This document shows, piece by piece, positions 44,987-55,386 of a DNA stretch of 64,000 nt. Both the position numbers and the translations under genes were made by a program. The first letter of the stretch is position 1, and each line of letters opens with the position of its first letter. The DNA is taken from the NCBI GenBank assembly GCA_963836755.1, contig CAWIKF010000002.1, positions 672,001-736,000 on the forward strand. The letters run 5' to 3'. Under the pieces are notes generated by a model. That model was not told the DNA's origin. It did not search any database and worked only from the letters and a program-made list of their open reading frames with translations. The stretch is from an uncultured Verrucomicrobiae bacterium. Its GTDB lineage: Bacteria > Verrucomicrobiota > Verrucomicrobiia > Chthoniobacterales > Chthoniobacteraceae.

Positions 44987-46430
44987 AACATCCTTCGACA
45001 AGCCATTGGTCCTGCTGGCGGGAGAGGAGGTAAATTCCCTCCTCCGTCTCCACAATCCATTGCTCGATTGCCCACGCTTTTTCATCCCACCAATCGCCGG
45101 AGAGCCGGTGCGGACCGAGCGCATCTTTGATCGCGCCATGCGCTTTTTCCGAAACGACAAAATGGGGCGCGTGATTTTTCAGCGAAACCTGTGCGCGAAA
45201 TGGCGGACGAAAACGCCTCAGCGGCAGACCAACTTTGACGCCATTCGAGTGCTGAACTTCGGCGTCAAAGTTTGAAAAATCGGGCGCGCGCAATTCGCAC
45301 GCATCCGGCCGATGCGTCGGTTGCAGCGCGGGAAATCCGACGTTTTCCGCGCCAAGCAAAGCAGTGAGTCGGGCGAGCGTTTCGCTGAATCGATTCGGAT
45401 CGCGGATTGAATTTTCAAACAGCCCAAACTGTTGTCGATGCGGTTTGGACGGCTCCACGACAAGGTTTGCGGCGATCGGGCCGTGCTCAAGTTTGAGCTG
45501 CTCGAGATGCGTGTCGAGAATCCGGAACAGCACTTCGATCTCATTCGTTGGCGCTGGGATGGAAAATTCGCGTTCATGTTTTCCGCCATTGGAAAGCGGC
45601 AGCGTCAGCGTCATTTTCGCCGCGACGCGATAGGTGAGCTCGAGTCGCCGCGTCAGCGAATCGAGAAATCGCCGGATGATGAAAAGCAGCGGCTCGAGCG
45701 TTTCGATCTCGCGCTCGAAATCAAATGTCTCGCAGAAAATCTCCGGCGTGCGCACCAGTTTGAGCAAGCGCTCGCCGCGCCCATGCGCCGCATTCCAGAG
45801 GCGGTGACCTTCCTCGCCGAGCCGCGCCGTGAGCCCATCCAGCGGCAATCGCGCGAGATCGCCGAGATTGTGAATGCCCCAATCGCGCAGAATTTTCGCA
45901 GCGGTTGGATTCGGTGAAAGCGCAGTAAGCGGTTTTTGAAAAAGGAATTTCGCGCTGTCGCGAACGATGCAAACTGAATCGCTTGATTGGGCTGCAAGCA
46001 AGGCCAGGCCAGGGTTTACGGCGATTCCCACCTGTGCTTGCAGATCAAAGTCGGCGGCAACTTTGATCGCATTCGCCGCCCATTTTTCCATGTCGGTCAC
46101 CTGCGCGCATCGCAGGTCGAGCGTGCAAATTTCCGGCGCAGTCTGCTCCACATAAAGCGAAAGTGAGCATGCGATTTCGCGCAGCATTTCGCTCATCGCT
46201 TTTTCCTGATCGATGGCGCGCGAAAAAATTTGCAGCGCCGGCGAACGCGCCAGCGCCTGGCTCGATGTCATGCCGCGCTCGATCCCGTCGCGCTCCGTGC
46301 CCACGGAAAATTCGACAATTCGGCCCGGCTCGCCATCGACGATTGCAATAGGCGTTTGCGGAGACATTCGCGGGCGAAAACGGAGTGCGGCTTGCAATTG
46401 AAAACGAGGAAGAAAAATCGCGGCGAACAT
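44961..46430 (-). CDS. imuB: Y-family polymerase-like mutasome protein ImuB
   Basis: GIERGMTSSQA, LRDWGIHNLGDL, GPHRLSGDWW; position in the cassette. Confidence 0.85.
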   Translation of the reverse strand: MFAAIFLPRFQLQAALRFRPRMSPQTPIAIVDGEPGRIVEFSVGTERDGIERGMTSSQALARSPALQIFSRAIDQEKAMSEMLREIACSLSLYVEQTAPEICTLDLRCAQVTDMEKWAANAIKVAADFDLQAQVGIAVNPGLALLAAQSSDSVCIVRDSAKFLFQKPLTALSPNPTAAKILRDWGIHNLGDLARLPLDGLTARLGEEGHRLWNAAHGRGERLLKLVRTPEIFCETFDFEREIETLEPLLFIIRRFLDSLTRRLELTYRVAAKMTLTLPLSNGGKHEREFSIPAPTNEIEVLFRILDTHLEQLKLEHGPIAANLVVEPSKPHRQQFGLFENSIRDPNRFSETLARLTALLGAENVGFPALQPTHRPDACELRAPDFSNFDAEVQHSNGVKVGLPLRRFRPPFRAQVSLKNHAPHFVVSEKAHGAIKDALGPHRLSGDWWDEKAWAIEQWIVETEEGIYLLSRQQDQWLVEGCYEEFVALR

Positions 46431-46434
46431 GGTG

Positions 46435-47109
46435 TCATGCGGTTTGCGCGAGCAGCGGCGCAGTGGCTTCGATCGATTGAAAACGTTGTTTGCAACTGGT
46501 GATCTGCAGCTCGCGCACGAGGTCTGCGCGGCGCATCCGCATCGCGCGCAAAGTCAATGGCCGCGCTGTTCCCAGCTGCAGGCGCAGCGTGGCGGCCTCG
46601 ATCATCGGCTTGGGCGTGAAGGCGATGAGTGTCGTCGTTTTTTTCTCCTCCAAAATGCGCTGGAAGCGATACCAGGTGCTCGCCGGGATGCGGCGCAGTT
46701 GCTGGGCTGGCGCGAATTGGAGATCGAGAATCAGCAGCGGCAAATTCCCATCTCTCACGAGGAGATCAGCGGCTTTAATCGCCTGCGCTGCCTCCGGACA
46801 ACGCACCCACAACAGTCGCGAAAGAGAATTTTCTAAAACTTCTTCGGGATGGAATCCTCCACCGTTGTCGATCAAACCTGCGAGCAATCCTCGCCGCGTC
46901 AGATCATCGAGAAGTGCAGCGCATAAAAGGGATCCGCGCGCAACGGAGACAGAAGTTTCCACAATCGAATATCGAGGAATGCCACCAAACATTTCATCGA
47001 GCTGGGGCAATCCTGTGGCGAAAAATTCCGTGCGCAGTGAGATTTGCGGAGGCGAAAATTTCGCGGCCAGCAGTCCACGAAGTTCGATGATTTTTCGAGA
47101 TGCCTCCAC
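46435..47109 (-). CDS. imuA: RecA-like ImuA
   Basis: TGLPQLDEMFGGIP, LLWVRC, ADLLVRDGNLPLLILD; first gene of the cassette. Confidence 0.8.
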   Translation of the reverse strand: MEASRKIIELRGLLAAKFSPPQISLRTEFFATGLPQLDEMFGGIPRYSIVETSVSVARGSLLCAALLDDLTRRGLLAGLIDNGGGFHPEEVLENSLSRLLWVRCPEAAQAIKAADLLVRDGNLPLLILDLQFAPAQQLRRIPASTWYRFQRILEEKKTTTLIAFTPKPMIEAATLRLQLGTARPLTLRAMRMRRADLVRELQITSCKQRFQSIEATAPLLAQTA

Positions 47110-47135
47110 ATCGGCACACTAAACTTTGTGAGAAA

Positions 47136-47153
47136 AGTGTTCAAGCGAACACT
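47136..47153. promoter_or_regulatory. LexA (SOS) box, Verrucomicrobia type
   Basis: AG-TGTTC-AAGC-GAACA-CT palindrome about 27 bp upstream of imuA; matches TGTTC-N4-GAACA. Confidence 0.85.
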
Positions 47154-47413
47154 ATATTGGATGAGCAAGTAAATTCAATTTGGCCGTTTTTGAAGTAAAT
47201 GCGGTGCCGCTTAACTGCAAACCAGCGGAGGAATGCACGCTGGAAACAACCTCTCCCCAAGACTCAGTTTTAAAACCAAAGGGCGCTTAATTTGCTTGCC
47301 GGGAATGGAAAATCACGCGAGATAAACGCGTGTTTGGCTGACTGGCTGGCTTCGTTCTCCCCATCAGGCGAAACGAAGGCGGTTCCGGGCATTCCGAACG
47401 AAAACAAATTTTT

Positions 47414-47501
47414 GGTGAGGTGGCTGAGAGGTCGAAAGCAGCGCTTTGCTAAAGCGCCGTAGTCCAAAAGGCTACCGAGGGTTCGAATCCCTCCCTCACC
47501 G
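47414..47501 (+). tRNA. tRNA-Ser(GCT)
   Basis: Anticodon arm GCGCT-TTGCTAA-AGCGC, long variable arm, GGTTCGAATCCC. Confidence 0.95.
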
Positions 47502-47552
47502 TTTGTTTTTCGCCGCTACGGCTGGCGGCAAAGTTCCTAGTGCGCACGCTTT

Positions 47553-48143
47553 TTAAAGAATCCCCTTTGTGCTCGGGATGCCGGTGACGCGCGGATCAAG
47601 CTGGCATGCGGCGTCGACGGCTTTCGCGAGTCCCTTGAAGACGCTCTCGGCCATGTGGTGCGGGTCGCGCCCGTAAAGGATTTCGACGTGGAGGTTGATG
47701 CCGGCGTGGACGGCAAAGCCGCGCAGGAATTCCTCGACGAGCTGAAAGCTGAATGGGCCAATGGCCTCGACACCGGCGGGCGCGCGGTATTCGAGATAAG
47801 GTCTGCCGCTGAAATCGAGCGCCACGCGCGTCAAAGTTTCATCCATCGGCAGATACGCATGGCCGTAGCGGCGGATGCCGCGTTTGTCGCCGAGCGCTTT
47901 TGCAAAGGCCTGACCAAGCGCGATGCCGACATCCTCGACGGTGTGATGAAGATCGACGTCGATGTCGCCTTCGGCCTGCACTTCGAGATCGATGAGGCTG
48001 TGGCGCGCGAAAAGCGCGAGCATGTGATCGAAAAACGGAATCTGTGTCGCGACGGTGCTGGTGCCCGCGCCGTCGATGAGGAGATCGAGGACGATGCTGG
48101 TCTCGCTGGTTTTGCGCTCGATGCGCGCGGCTCGGGCGCTCAA
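47553..48143 (-). CDS. hisB: Imidazoleglycerol-phosphate dehydratase
   Basis: FFDHML, DLHHTVEDVGI, PMDE, DPHHMAES, IPSTKG. Confidence 0.97.
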   Translation of the reverse strand: MSARAARIERKTSETSIVLDLLIDGAGTSTVATQIPFFDHMLALFARHSLIDLEVQAEGDIDVDLHHTVEDVGIALGQAFAKALGDKRGIRRYGHAYLPMDETLTRVALDFSGRPYLEYRAPAGVEAIGPFSFQLVEEFLRGFAVHAGINLHVEILYGRDPHHMAESVFKGLAKAVDAACQLDPRVTGIPSTKGIL

Positions 48144-49417
48144 GCGCTGGTTTCCTTTCGCATCTGTTTCCGGCTGATGAAAGTTCCGACCGCGATGACC
48201 AATCCGACTGCGACGACGATGGTGGCGGCGCCGGGGATGGTCATGAAAAACGAATGCTCCTCTACCGGCGCGGGCGACGCGGCGGCTTGCGGAGCGGGCG
48301 AGGATACATGCCGTGGCGTGGGCGACGGGCCGGGGGTGGTGACTGCCTTGGGAGTCGGTGTGGGGGTGGCCTGTTGCTGTTTCAAGCGGCCGCTCCAGAA
48401 AATGGCAGCTTCGTTTTGCGGCCAGAGCGTGAGCGCGTCCTTGAACGACGCTTCCGCTGCAGAGTAATTTTTCGCATCGAGTGCGGTGCGGCCGGAATCA
48501 ACTTTCGCGATGGATTCGCGCATTTTGGCGACCGGCACATTCGCAAGCCGCTGGGCTTCGGACGGGACGATTTTTTGCAAGGCGATGACGCTGGTGGAGG
48601 AGCGGGCAATGAACGGCGTCCATTTCGCACCGGTCTTTTGCGCGGCGAGCACAGCGGCATCGTAGCCGGCCTGCTCGCGCTTCGCGGATTCGATCAGCTC
48701 CGATTTCTTCGGCTCAGAAGTCAGAGCGAGCACATCTTTAAATTGGTTGAGATCGTAGGCTTGCGTTTGCGCAGCGCCGGTCAATCCCTTCGCGAGACTC
48801 GCCAGCAGTTGCGACGCAAACACGACAGCGTCGGGATAAACACGGGTCGTCGCATAGCTTTTCTCGATCTGGTCAAACGTGTTCAGCGCGCCGATGACAT
48901 CACCGGAGGCAGCCTGCTGCGCCATTGTCCCATATAACTCCTGCGCTTGGATCTGGATCTTGCGCAACTCGGCCTGGTCCTTCGTGATCCAGCGCCCGAG
49001 ATATTTCACTTCGCCCGCGACCGCGTGCGTTTTTTCAGCCTCGAACGCGTCGATCTCGGTTTGAACTTCCGCGTGATGGCTGCTTTGCGGGAAGTTAGTT
49101 TGAAAGGCCTGCAGCGTCGTGAGGATGCGATCGTAGGTGCCGAGCCCGTAGGAACTTTGCGGGTTTGGCTTTAAACCTTTGAGGTCCGCGAATGCGATCT
49201 CATCCGGCTGCGCCTTTGCGATGTTCGCGATCTCGTCTCGATGAATGACGCGCTGATCGGTAATCGACGGAGAAACCTGCACTTCGACGGTGACGGCCGT
49301 CGCGGTCTCCTGGACAACTTTTCCGTCAACTTTTTCACCGGACTTTAACGTCACGGTATCGGCCGAAGCATCGTAGAGAATGACTGGTAGGAGGAACAGC
49401 CCGAACACTTTTCGCAT
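48140..49417 (-). CDS. Exported protein with C-terminal Pro-rich linker and TM anchor, function unknown
   Basis: Signal peptide, DTVTLKSGEKVDG start, helical/TPR-like body, C-terminal TM. Confidence 0.7.
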   Translation of the reverse strand: MRKVFGLFLLPVILYDASADTVTLKSGEKVDGKVVQETATAVTVEVQVSPSITDQRVIHRDEIANIAKAQPDEIAFADLKGLKPNPQSSYGLGTYDRILTTLQAFQTNFPQSSHHAEVQTEIDAFEAEKTHAVAGEVKYLGRWITKDQAELRKIQIQAQELYGTMAQQAASGDVIGALNTFDQIEKSYATTRVYPDAVVFASQLLASLAKGLTGAAQTQAYDLNQFKDVLALTSEPKKSELIESAKREQAGYDAAVLAAQKTGAKWTPFIARSSTSVIALQKIVPSEAQRLANVPVAKMRESIAKVDSGRTALDAKNYSAAEASFKDALTLWPQNEAAIFWSGRLKQQQATPTPTPKAVTTPGPSPTPRHVSSPAPQAAASPAPVEEHSFFMTIPGAATIVVAVGLVIAVGTFISRKQMRKETSA

Positions 49418-49459
49418 GTGCGAATGTTCGGGGCAGACTCAATTTGCGTCCAGCGGAAA

Positions 49460-52400
49460 TTAGGCGCGCGTGTGGAGCTGGCGCTTGAGGCTGATGTGTA
49501 AAAGCCCGAGCGTGATTCCAGAAAATGCGAGCAGCACGAAGGCGTTGAAAACGAGAACGCTGCACTCGAACCGGCCAAAGTTTTTCAACGGGCCGAAGAA
49601 AACGTTGATGCTTTTCGTGCGGCGATAATCGGCCTGCTCGGTCTCCGCCTTTGAGACGAGATCGGTGATCTTTTGATTGACGAAAACCTGCTCCGCCGAG
49701 ACCAAGCCGTGACGCGGTTTCAGCTCGGTGGCGGCGAGCGCCTGGCCTTGAATCACTCTGTCCACTTTCCGCAACCGCTTGTTTAACTCATCCACGTTGG
49801 TTGCCTCGAGCCCCGAAAGCAGAGCGAGAGTGTCTTTCAAGTCATCGAGACGGTCATTCTGCGCCGGCGTCCGCTCCTCGCGGGCGACGAGATCGTCGAT
49901 TTCATCCTGCAATTTTTCCTGGCGCAATGTGAGCGGATTCAGCTTCGCCTGCGAGACGACGAGCGCCTCGTAGCTCCAGCGCATCGGCATGAACTCGCAC
50001 AAAATCGGCACCTGCAAATCGCTCTCGCGCTTGCCCACCTCCGCGCCCGGATGCGTCGAAAAAAAGCGCTGCACTGTATAAATGAAATCGAGGTCGCGAT
50101 TCATGTCCTCATATTTAATGAGCGCGCCGCCGAGGATGATGTTCGGGATCAAAATCAGCGGGACAATGTTCGCCGCCGTTTTTCCATCAGCGACGAGCGA
50201 CGAGATGAAAAGGCCGAGCGTGACGCCGCCAAGCGCCGTGATGAAGTTGAAGAAAAAGTGCGGCCAAAACATTCCGCGCACCTCGAGGATCGCATTGCCG
50301 ATGAGGACGAAAAGCGCGCATTGCGCTGCTGCGAAAAGCGCGAGCGTTGTCGCTTTTGCAAAAATATAATACGGCAGGCGGACGTTTAAATTTCGCTCCC
50401 GCTGCAGCACTGCGCGGTCGCGAATGATGTCGTCCGCGCTGTTCGTGAGGCCGAGGAACATCCCGACCACGAGGCTCAAAAAAAGATACGTCGGGATGTG
50501 ATATGCCGACGCGAAATCATATGTCCCCGAGTCCGAGTAGCGGAGCACCGCGCCGATCAGCGCCGCGAGCACCGGCGCCTCGACGATCGTCGTGAGCAGG
50601 TTCGCGCGATTGCGCATTTTCGAGATGAAGGCGCGCTGCACCAAAATGCGCAGCTGCGTCCACTCGTCGCGCCAGCGCAATGCCTCGCGCTTCCGCACCG
50701 GAGCAGCCGGCAGCGGCAGCGGCTCCTTACGCACGGCGACCTGCCGCATATCCTGCAGCAGCCGGAATGACTCGTATTTATCGCGCCAAAAATCTGGCGA
50801 AAAACGCCGCGCCGGCATGAGCTGGCCCTCGGAATTTTCTTCAAAAATCATGTCGCCGCTCAAGTCGCGCAGCGGCGTCTCGAGCACATCGAAAATGAAC
50901 TCCGGCCGCGTCGTGCCACACGCCGGGCATTCGCCGAGCTCGGTGCCAAAATGCTGCTCGTGCTCGGCCTGCGCGAAATACGAAAGCATCTCGTGCGGTG
51001 TGCCGTAAAAAACGAGTTTCCCGCCTTTATCAAGCAGCAACGCCTTGCTAAACATCTGAAAAAGTTTCGACGTCGGCTGATGGATCGTCACGAGCACGAT
51101 TTTGTTGTGCGCCATCGCGCGGATGATCTCGATGACGTGCTCCGCGTCCTTTGACGAAAGGCCGCTCGTCGGCTCGTCAAAAAGGAAAACGTCGGCGCTG
51201 CCGATCATGTCGAGACCGATGTTGAGACGCTTGCGCTCGCCGCCGCTCAGCGTTTTTTTCACCGGACTTCCGACGACGCTGTCGCGCCGCTCGTTCAGAC
51301 CAAGCTCGATTAATTTTCCCTCGATCCGCCGCGCGCGATCCCGATTCGAGAGATGGGGCGCGCGGATCGCCGCGGCGAAATCGAGATTTTCCTCGATCGT
51401 CAAATGCTCGTCGAATGCGTCTTCCTGCGGGACGTAACTGATGTAACCTTTCAGCGCGTCGATGTGCTCGTAAAGGCGCTGGCCATTGAGCAAAATTTCT
51501 CCGCTTTGCGGCTGGAGCTGGCCCGCGAGCGTGCGCATGAGCGTGCTTTTTCCGGAGCCGCTCGCGCCCATCACGCAGACCATTTCGCCCCGCGTCACGG
51601 AGAACGAAACGCCGTCGAGCGCGGTCTCGCCTTCGCGGAAGCGATGGTTCAAATCGCGTAGCTCGAGCGTGCTGATGATGTTTCGCTCTTCCTCGATGAT
51701 CCGCTCGCCGAAATCGCAGCGCAGCACCTGGCCGGTATCGATGCGGATCGTGTCGCCATCAGCCAACGGCGCCGAATTGCGCACCGGAATTTCGCCGATC
51801 AAAATCGGCCGATCGGCTTGCAGCACATCGAGATGGCCGACTTTTTTTTCATAGTCGCATTGGATTTTTAAAAGCACCTCGCCGCCGGTTCCGGGCGAAA
51901 GCAAAATGTCGTCTTCCTCGAGCAGGCCGGGATTGTTTGAAACGAGATATTCGGACTTGTGCGCTTTGAGCTGAAAGCGCCCGCCGAGCGCGCGCGCGCG
52001 GCGTCGCAGGTCGATCAACGCCAGCTCGGAATCATTGTGAAAAATGATTTTGTCCTCGAGCGTTCCCTCGACCAAAGCGCCCGCATTCAGCCGCACGCCG
52101 TTTAGCACGGCGTCAATCGCCTTCAGCGCTTTCACCTGAACTTTGAGCCCAAACCGCACCTCGATCGCGCTGTCGCGTGAACGCGATTTTTCCAGCGACA
52201 CCTCATCTTCTTTGTTAACGCTCAGATAAACTTGCGCCAGCGAAACGTTTTTCTTCGCGTTAAAGTAATAGACGAGGTCCTGATACGTCAGCACCTGCTC
52301 GCCGAGCAAAATCCGCTGCCCGGAATAGACGCGGCAAAATTCGCCATTTGCGAGCGGCCGGCCGCGCACCGCGATTGGGCGATTGCTTTGATTTTTGAGC

Positions 52401-53047
52401 AAAATCAAGTCCTGGTAACGGAATGCGAGAAGCCGTTCGTGCGCGCCGAGATCTTTCAAAATCACGTCGGCAGTCCCGTTGTGGCCGATGCAGAGCGACT
52501 CCAGCGGCGAAGCGCCTTTTTGGAAAATCGACGGATCGGCATCCTGCGATGCGTTGAGCTGATAGACGATGTCGATCGCCTGCGCGGCCATGCCGAGCTG
52601 CGACATGAACGCGTAGTAGTTCGTGATTTGCTCCTGGTTCAATTCCGCCTTCGAAATCAAATCGTAGAGCTGCACGCCGAGCATGATTTTCCGGTTGTCG
52701 GTGAGCGACGCGGAAAGCTTTTGCGCCATCGCCATCAAGTCGTGCTGCTCGTTCAGCGCCTGGCGAAAAAGTTTGCGCAGCTCGGAGTAAACAGCCTCCG
52801 GATAATCGTAACGCAGGAAGCCGAGCGACGAATCAATTTCGTCCTCGAGCACCACACCGTCGACTTTGGAAAAAGCCGCGAGCACCTGGATCAGCAGCGG
52901 CAAAAGATTCGGCCCTTCCGCGAGCGTCCGCGGCTTTCGCAGCGCCCGGCGCGTGATTTTCCGCGTCGTGTTTTGCAGCCGGTAACCGAGCGGAATGAGC
53001 CGACGGACGCCGGTGCCGATTTTGTCGAGGATGGTGGGTTCGCTCAT
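49460..53047 (-). CDS. Fused ABC transporter (ATPase + ABC-2/ABCG permease) with TerB-like N-terminal domain
   Basis: GASGSGKS, LSGGERKR, FDEPTSGL, TIHQP, C-terminal TM helices; N-terminal AAFSKVDGVVLEDE. Confidence 0.85.
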   Translation of the reverse strand: MSEPTILDKIGTGVRRLIPLGYRLQNTTRKITRRALRKPRTLAEGPNLLPLLIQVLAAFSKVDGVVLEDEIDSSLGFLRYDYPEAVYSELRKLFRQALNEQHDLMAMAQKLSASLTDNRKIMLGVQLYDLISKAELNQEQITNYYAFMSQLGMAAQAIDIVYQLNASQDADPSIFQKGASPLESLCIGHNGTADVILKDLGAHERLLAFRYQDLILLKNQSNRPIAVRGRPLANGEFCRVYSGQRILLGEQVLTYQDLVYYFNAKKNVSLAQVYLSVNKEDEVSLEKSRSRDSAIEVRFGLKVQVKALKAIDAVLNGVRLNAGALVEGTLEDKIIFHNDSELALIDLRRRARALGGRFQLKAHKSEYLVSNNPGLLEEDDILLSPGTGGEVLLKIQCDYEKKVGHLDVLQADRPILIGEIPVRNSAPLADGDTIRIDTGQVLRCDFGERIIEEERNIISTLELRDLNHRFREGETALDGVSFSVTRGEMVCVMGASGSGKSTLMRTLAGQLQPQSGEILLNGQRLYEHIDALKGYISYVPQEDAFDEHLTIEENLDFAAAIRAPHLSNRDRARRIEGKLIELGLNERRDSVVGSPVKKTLSGGERKRLNIGLDMIGSADVFLFDEPTSGLSSKDAEHVIEIIRAMAHNKIVLVTIHQPTSKLFQMFSKALLLDKGGKLVFYGTPHEMLSYFAQAEHEQHFGTELGECPACGTTRPEFIFDVLETPLRDLSGDMIFEENSEGQLMPARRFSPDFWRDKYESFRLLQDMRQVAVRKEPLPLPAAPVRKREALRWRDEWTQLRILVQRAFISKMRNRANLLTTIVEAPVLAALIGAVLRYSDSGTYDFASAYHIPTYLFLSLVVGMFLGLTNSADDIIRDRAVLQRERNLNVRLPYYIFAKATTLALFAAAQCALFVLIGNAILEVRGMFWPHFFFNFITALGGVTLGLFISSLVADGKTAANIVPLILIPNIILGGALIKYEDMNRDLDFIYTVQRFFSTHPGAEVGKRESDLQVPILCEFMPMRWSYEALVVSQAKLNPLTLRQEKLQDEIDDLVAREERTPAQNDRLDDLKDTLALLSGLEATNVDELNKRLRKVDRVIQGQALAATELKPRHGLVSAEQVFVNQKITDLVSKAETEQADYRRTKSINVFFGPLKNFGRFECSVLVFNAFVLLAFSGITLGLLHISLKRQLHTRA

Positions 53048-53134
53048 CGATGGCGCTCGAAAAAGCGCATGTGCAAAAGATAACGGATAAAGCGCGCGAC
53101 ACCATTTTTTCTTCCGCGCCGGAGCGCGGCGCAT

Positions 53135-54058
53135 TTATTTAACGGCTGTCGCAAAGACCGTTTGCAAATGCGGGCTTTCTGTTTCGCGCGCAACGACGTC
53201 GATCTCGATGTTGTTGAACCCGGCGTCTTTTAAAAATTGATGAAGCTGCGCTTCGCTGAACCCGAGCCACGCATCCGCGTAAAGCTCGCGCGCATTTTCA
53301 AAATGATGCGCCAGCAAATCGAGCACCGCGATGCGCCCGCCTTTTTTTAAGATGCGATGCGCCGCGGCTACCGCGCGCGCCGGACTCGCCGCGTGATGCA
53401 GCGCCTGGCTGAGGATCGCGAGATCGACCGTCTCGGGCTTGATTGGCGGATTTTCGATGTCGCCGCAGCGGTATTCCAGATTTTTGAAACCATGCTCGCG
53501 GGCAAGGCTGGCGCCGAAATCGACCATCTTTTCCGAGTTGTCGATCGCGATTACTTTCTTCGCGTGCCTCGCCAAAAGCTGCGCGATTGTTCCTTCGCCC
53601 GCGCCAAGATCGGCGACTGTGATCGGGCCGACGAGCGTGAGCAGCAGATGCGCGATCCCTTTCCACGTGCGGCCCGGGCAGTAGCTGCGGCCAAACTTTC
53701 CTGCGAGCTTGTTGAAATATTCGCGCGCCTTGTCCTGCCGTTTGCGCAGCGCCAGCTTGAGCGCGATGCGATCGTGCGCGGCCTCTGGGATTTCTTTTGC
53801 GCTCGCCTGCACCAGTCGCGCAATCGGCTCCAGTAAAGGATTCGCGGGCGCCAGCGCATAGTAGATATTTTTTCCCGCGCGCCGATCCACGAGCAATCCC
53901 GCGCGCTTGAGTTGCGCGAGATGGCTGGAAATTCGGGACTGCCCCATGCCGAGAATGTCTTGAATCTCAGCGACGGAAAGCTCCTCGTGCTCGAGCAAAA
54001 GCAGCAGCCGTAGCCGCGTGGGATCGGCGAGCAGGCGCAGGGATTTGACGAGCAACAT
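53135..54058 (-). CDS. ArsR-HTH + SAM-methyltransferase-domain regulator (SahR/SamR-like)
   Basis: [30 protein letters not shown]; divergent from metK-ahcY. Confidence 0.88.
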   Translation of the reverse strand: MLLVKSLRLLADPTRLRLLLLLEHEELSVAEIQDILGMGQSRISSHLAQLKRAGLLVDRRAGKNIYYALAPANPLLEPIARLVQASAKEIPEAAHDRIALKLALRKRQDKAREYFNKLAGKFGRSYCPGRTWKGIAHLLLTLVGPITVADLGAGEGTIAQLLARHAKKVIAIDNSEKMVDFGASLAREHGFKNLEYRCGDIENPPIKPETVDLAILSQALHHAASPARAVAAAHRILKKGGRIAVLDLLAHHFENARELYADAWLGFSEAQLHQFLKDAGFNNIEIDVVARETESPHLQTVFATAVK

Positions 54059-54185
54059 TATCGAGGCGGTGAACCAAAATGCAGTCGCTCGCGGTCTCGC
54101 GCAAGAAATAACGCATCATCGCATCAAGATTCATCAATATATTCTTGTTGACGAAAATGTTTCGTCGCGTATTCTCGCTCCCATC

Positions 54186-55358
54186 ATGTCTCGCCGTTAT
54201 ATTTTTTCCTCCGAGTCGGTTGGCGAAGGTCACCCCGACAAAGTTTGCGACACCATCTCCGACGCGATCCTCGACGCTTGTTTGGCGCAGGACAAAAAGA
54301 GCCGCGTGGCTTGCGAGACTTACGCGAAGAGCAACATCGTGATCGTCGGCGGCGAAATCACGACGCGCGCGAAGCTCGATTACGTGCAGCTCGTGCGCGA
54401 TGCCGTGCGCGAGATCGGCTACGTGAATGACGACGACGTTTTTCACGCCGACAAAATTTTCGTGACGAACATCATCACCGCGCAGTCGCCCGATATTTCG
54501 CAGGGCGTGGATGCGAAAAAAGCGAAGGGCAAAAAAAGTGCGGAGCAGGGCGCGGGCGACCAGGGATTGATGTTCGGCTACGCGTGCAATGAAACCCCTG
54601 AGCTGATGCCGGCGCCCATTATGTATGCGCATCGGCTCGGCCGCGAGCTCACCCGCATCCGCAAAAGTGGCAAGGCGAAATGGCTGCGGCCAGACGCGAA
54701 GTCGCAGGTCTCGGTCATTTACGAGGATGGAAAACCGGTCGGGATTTCCAACGTCGTCATTTCCACGCAGCACAGCGAGGACGTGGAGCACGCGGAGATC
54801 GAGAAATTTTGCATCGAGAAAATCGTCAAAAAAGTTTTGCCCGCGCAGATGCTCAACGCAAAAACCGAGTATCTCATCAACCCCACCGGGCGCTTCGTCG
54901 TCGGCGGACCGCAGGGTGATACCGGTTTAACGGGACGTAAAATCATCGTTGATACCTACGGCGGCATGGGACGCCACGGCGGCGGCGCATTTTCCGGCAA
55001 AGATCCGAGCAAAGTGGACCGCAGCGCGGCCTACATGGGCCGTTGGGTCGCGAAAAACGTTGTCGCCGCGGAGCTGGCCCAGCGTTGCGAAGTGCAGTTC
55101 GCCTACGCGATCGGCCATCCGCAGCCGGTGAGCGTGCACATCGACACGTTTGGCACGAACACCGTGCCGGAGGAAAACATCGAGCGCGCCGTTTTGAAAA
55201 CTTTCAGCTTCAAGCCGGCGGACATCGTTTCGCAGCTCGATTTGCTGCGGCCCATTTATTCGAAGACCACCAACTACGGACATTTCGGCAAAGACGACGC
55301 CGAGATTACCTGGGAAAAAACCGACAAGGCCGAGGCGCTGAAAAAAGCCGCCCGCTAA
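54186..55358 (+). CDS. metK: S-adenosylmethionine synthetase
   Basis: [26 protein letters not shown]. Confidence 0.98.
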   Translation: MSRRYIFSSESVGEGHPDKVCDTISDAILDACLAQDKKSRVACETYAKSNIVIVGGEITTRAKLDYVQLVRDAVREIGYVNDDDVFHADKIFVTNIITAQSPDISQGVDAKKAKGKKSAEQGAGDQGLMFGYACNETPELMPAPIMYAHRLGRELTRIRKSGKAKWLRPDAKSQVSVIYEDGKPVGISNVVISTQHSEDVEHAEIEKFCIEKIVKKVLPAQMLNAKTEYLINPTGRFVVGGPQGDTGLTGRKIIVDTYGGMGRHGGGAFSGKDPSKVDRSAAYMGRWVAKNVVAAELAQRCEVQFAYAIGHPQPVSVHIDTFGTNTVPEENIERAVLKTFSFKPADIVSQLDLLRPIYSKTTNYGHFGKDDAEITWEKTDKAEALKKAAR

Positions 55359-55386
55359 TTCCAAAACAAAGTTAAAAAACAAAAAC

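Noticed and set aside
54018..54185. Extended N-terminus of MetK in the ORF track
   Set aside because: It overlaps the divergent regulator and promoter; the conserved MetK start is at 54186. Similar over-extensions were trimmed for the S9 peptidase, the OYE, GH2, dnaE2 and the ABC transporter
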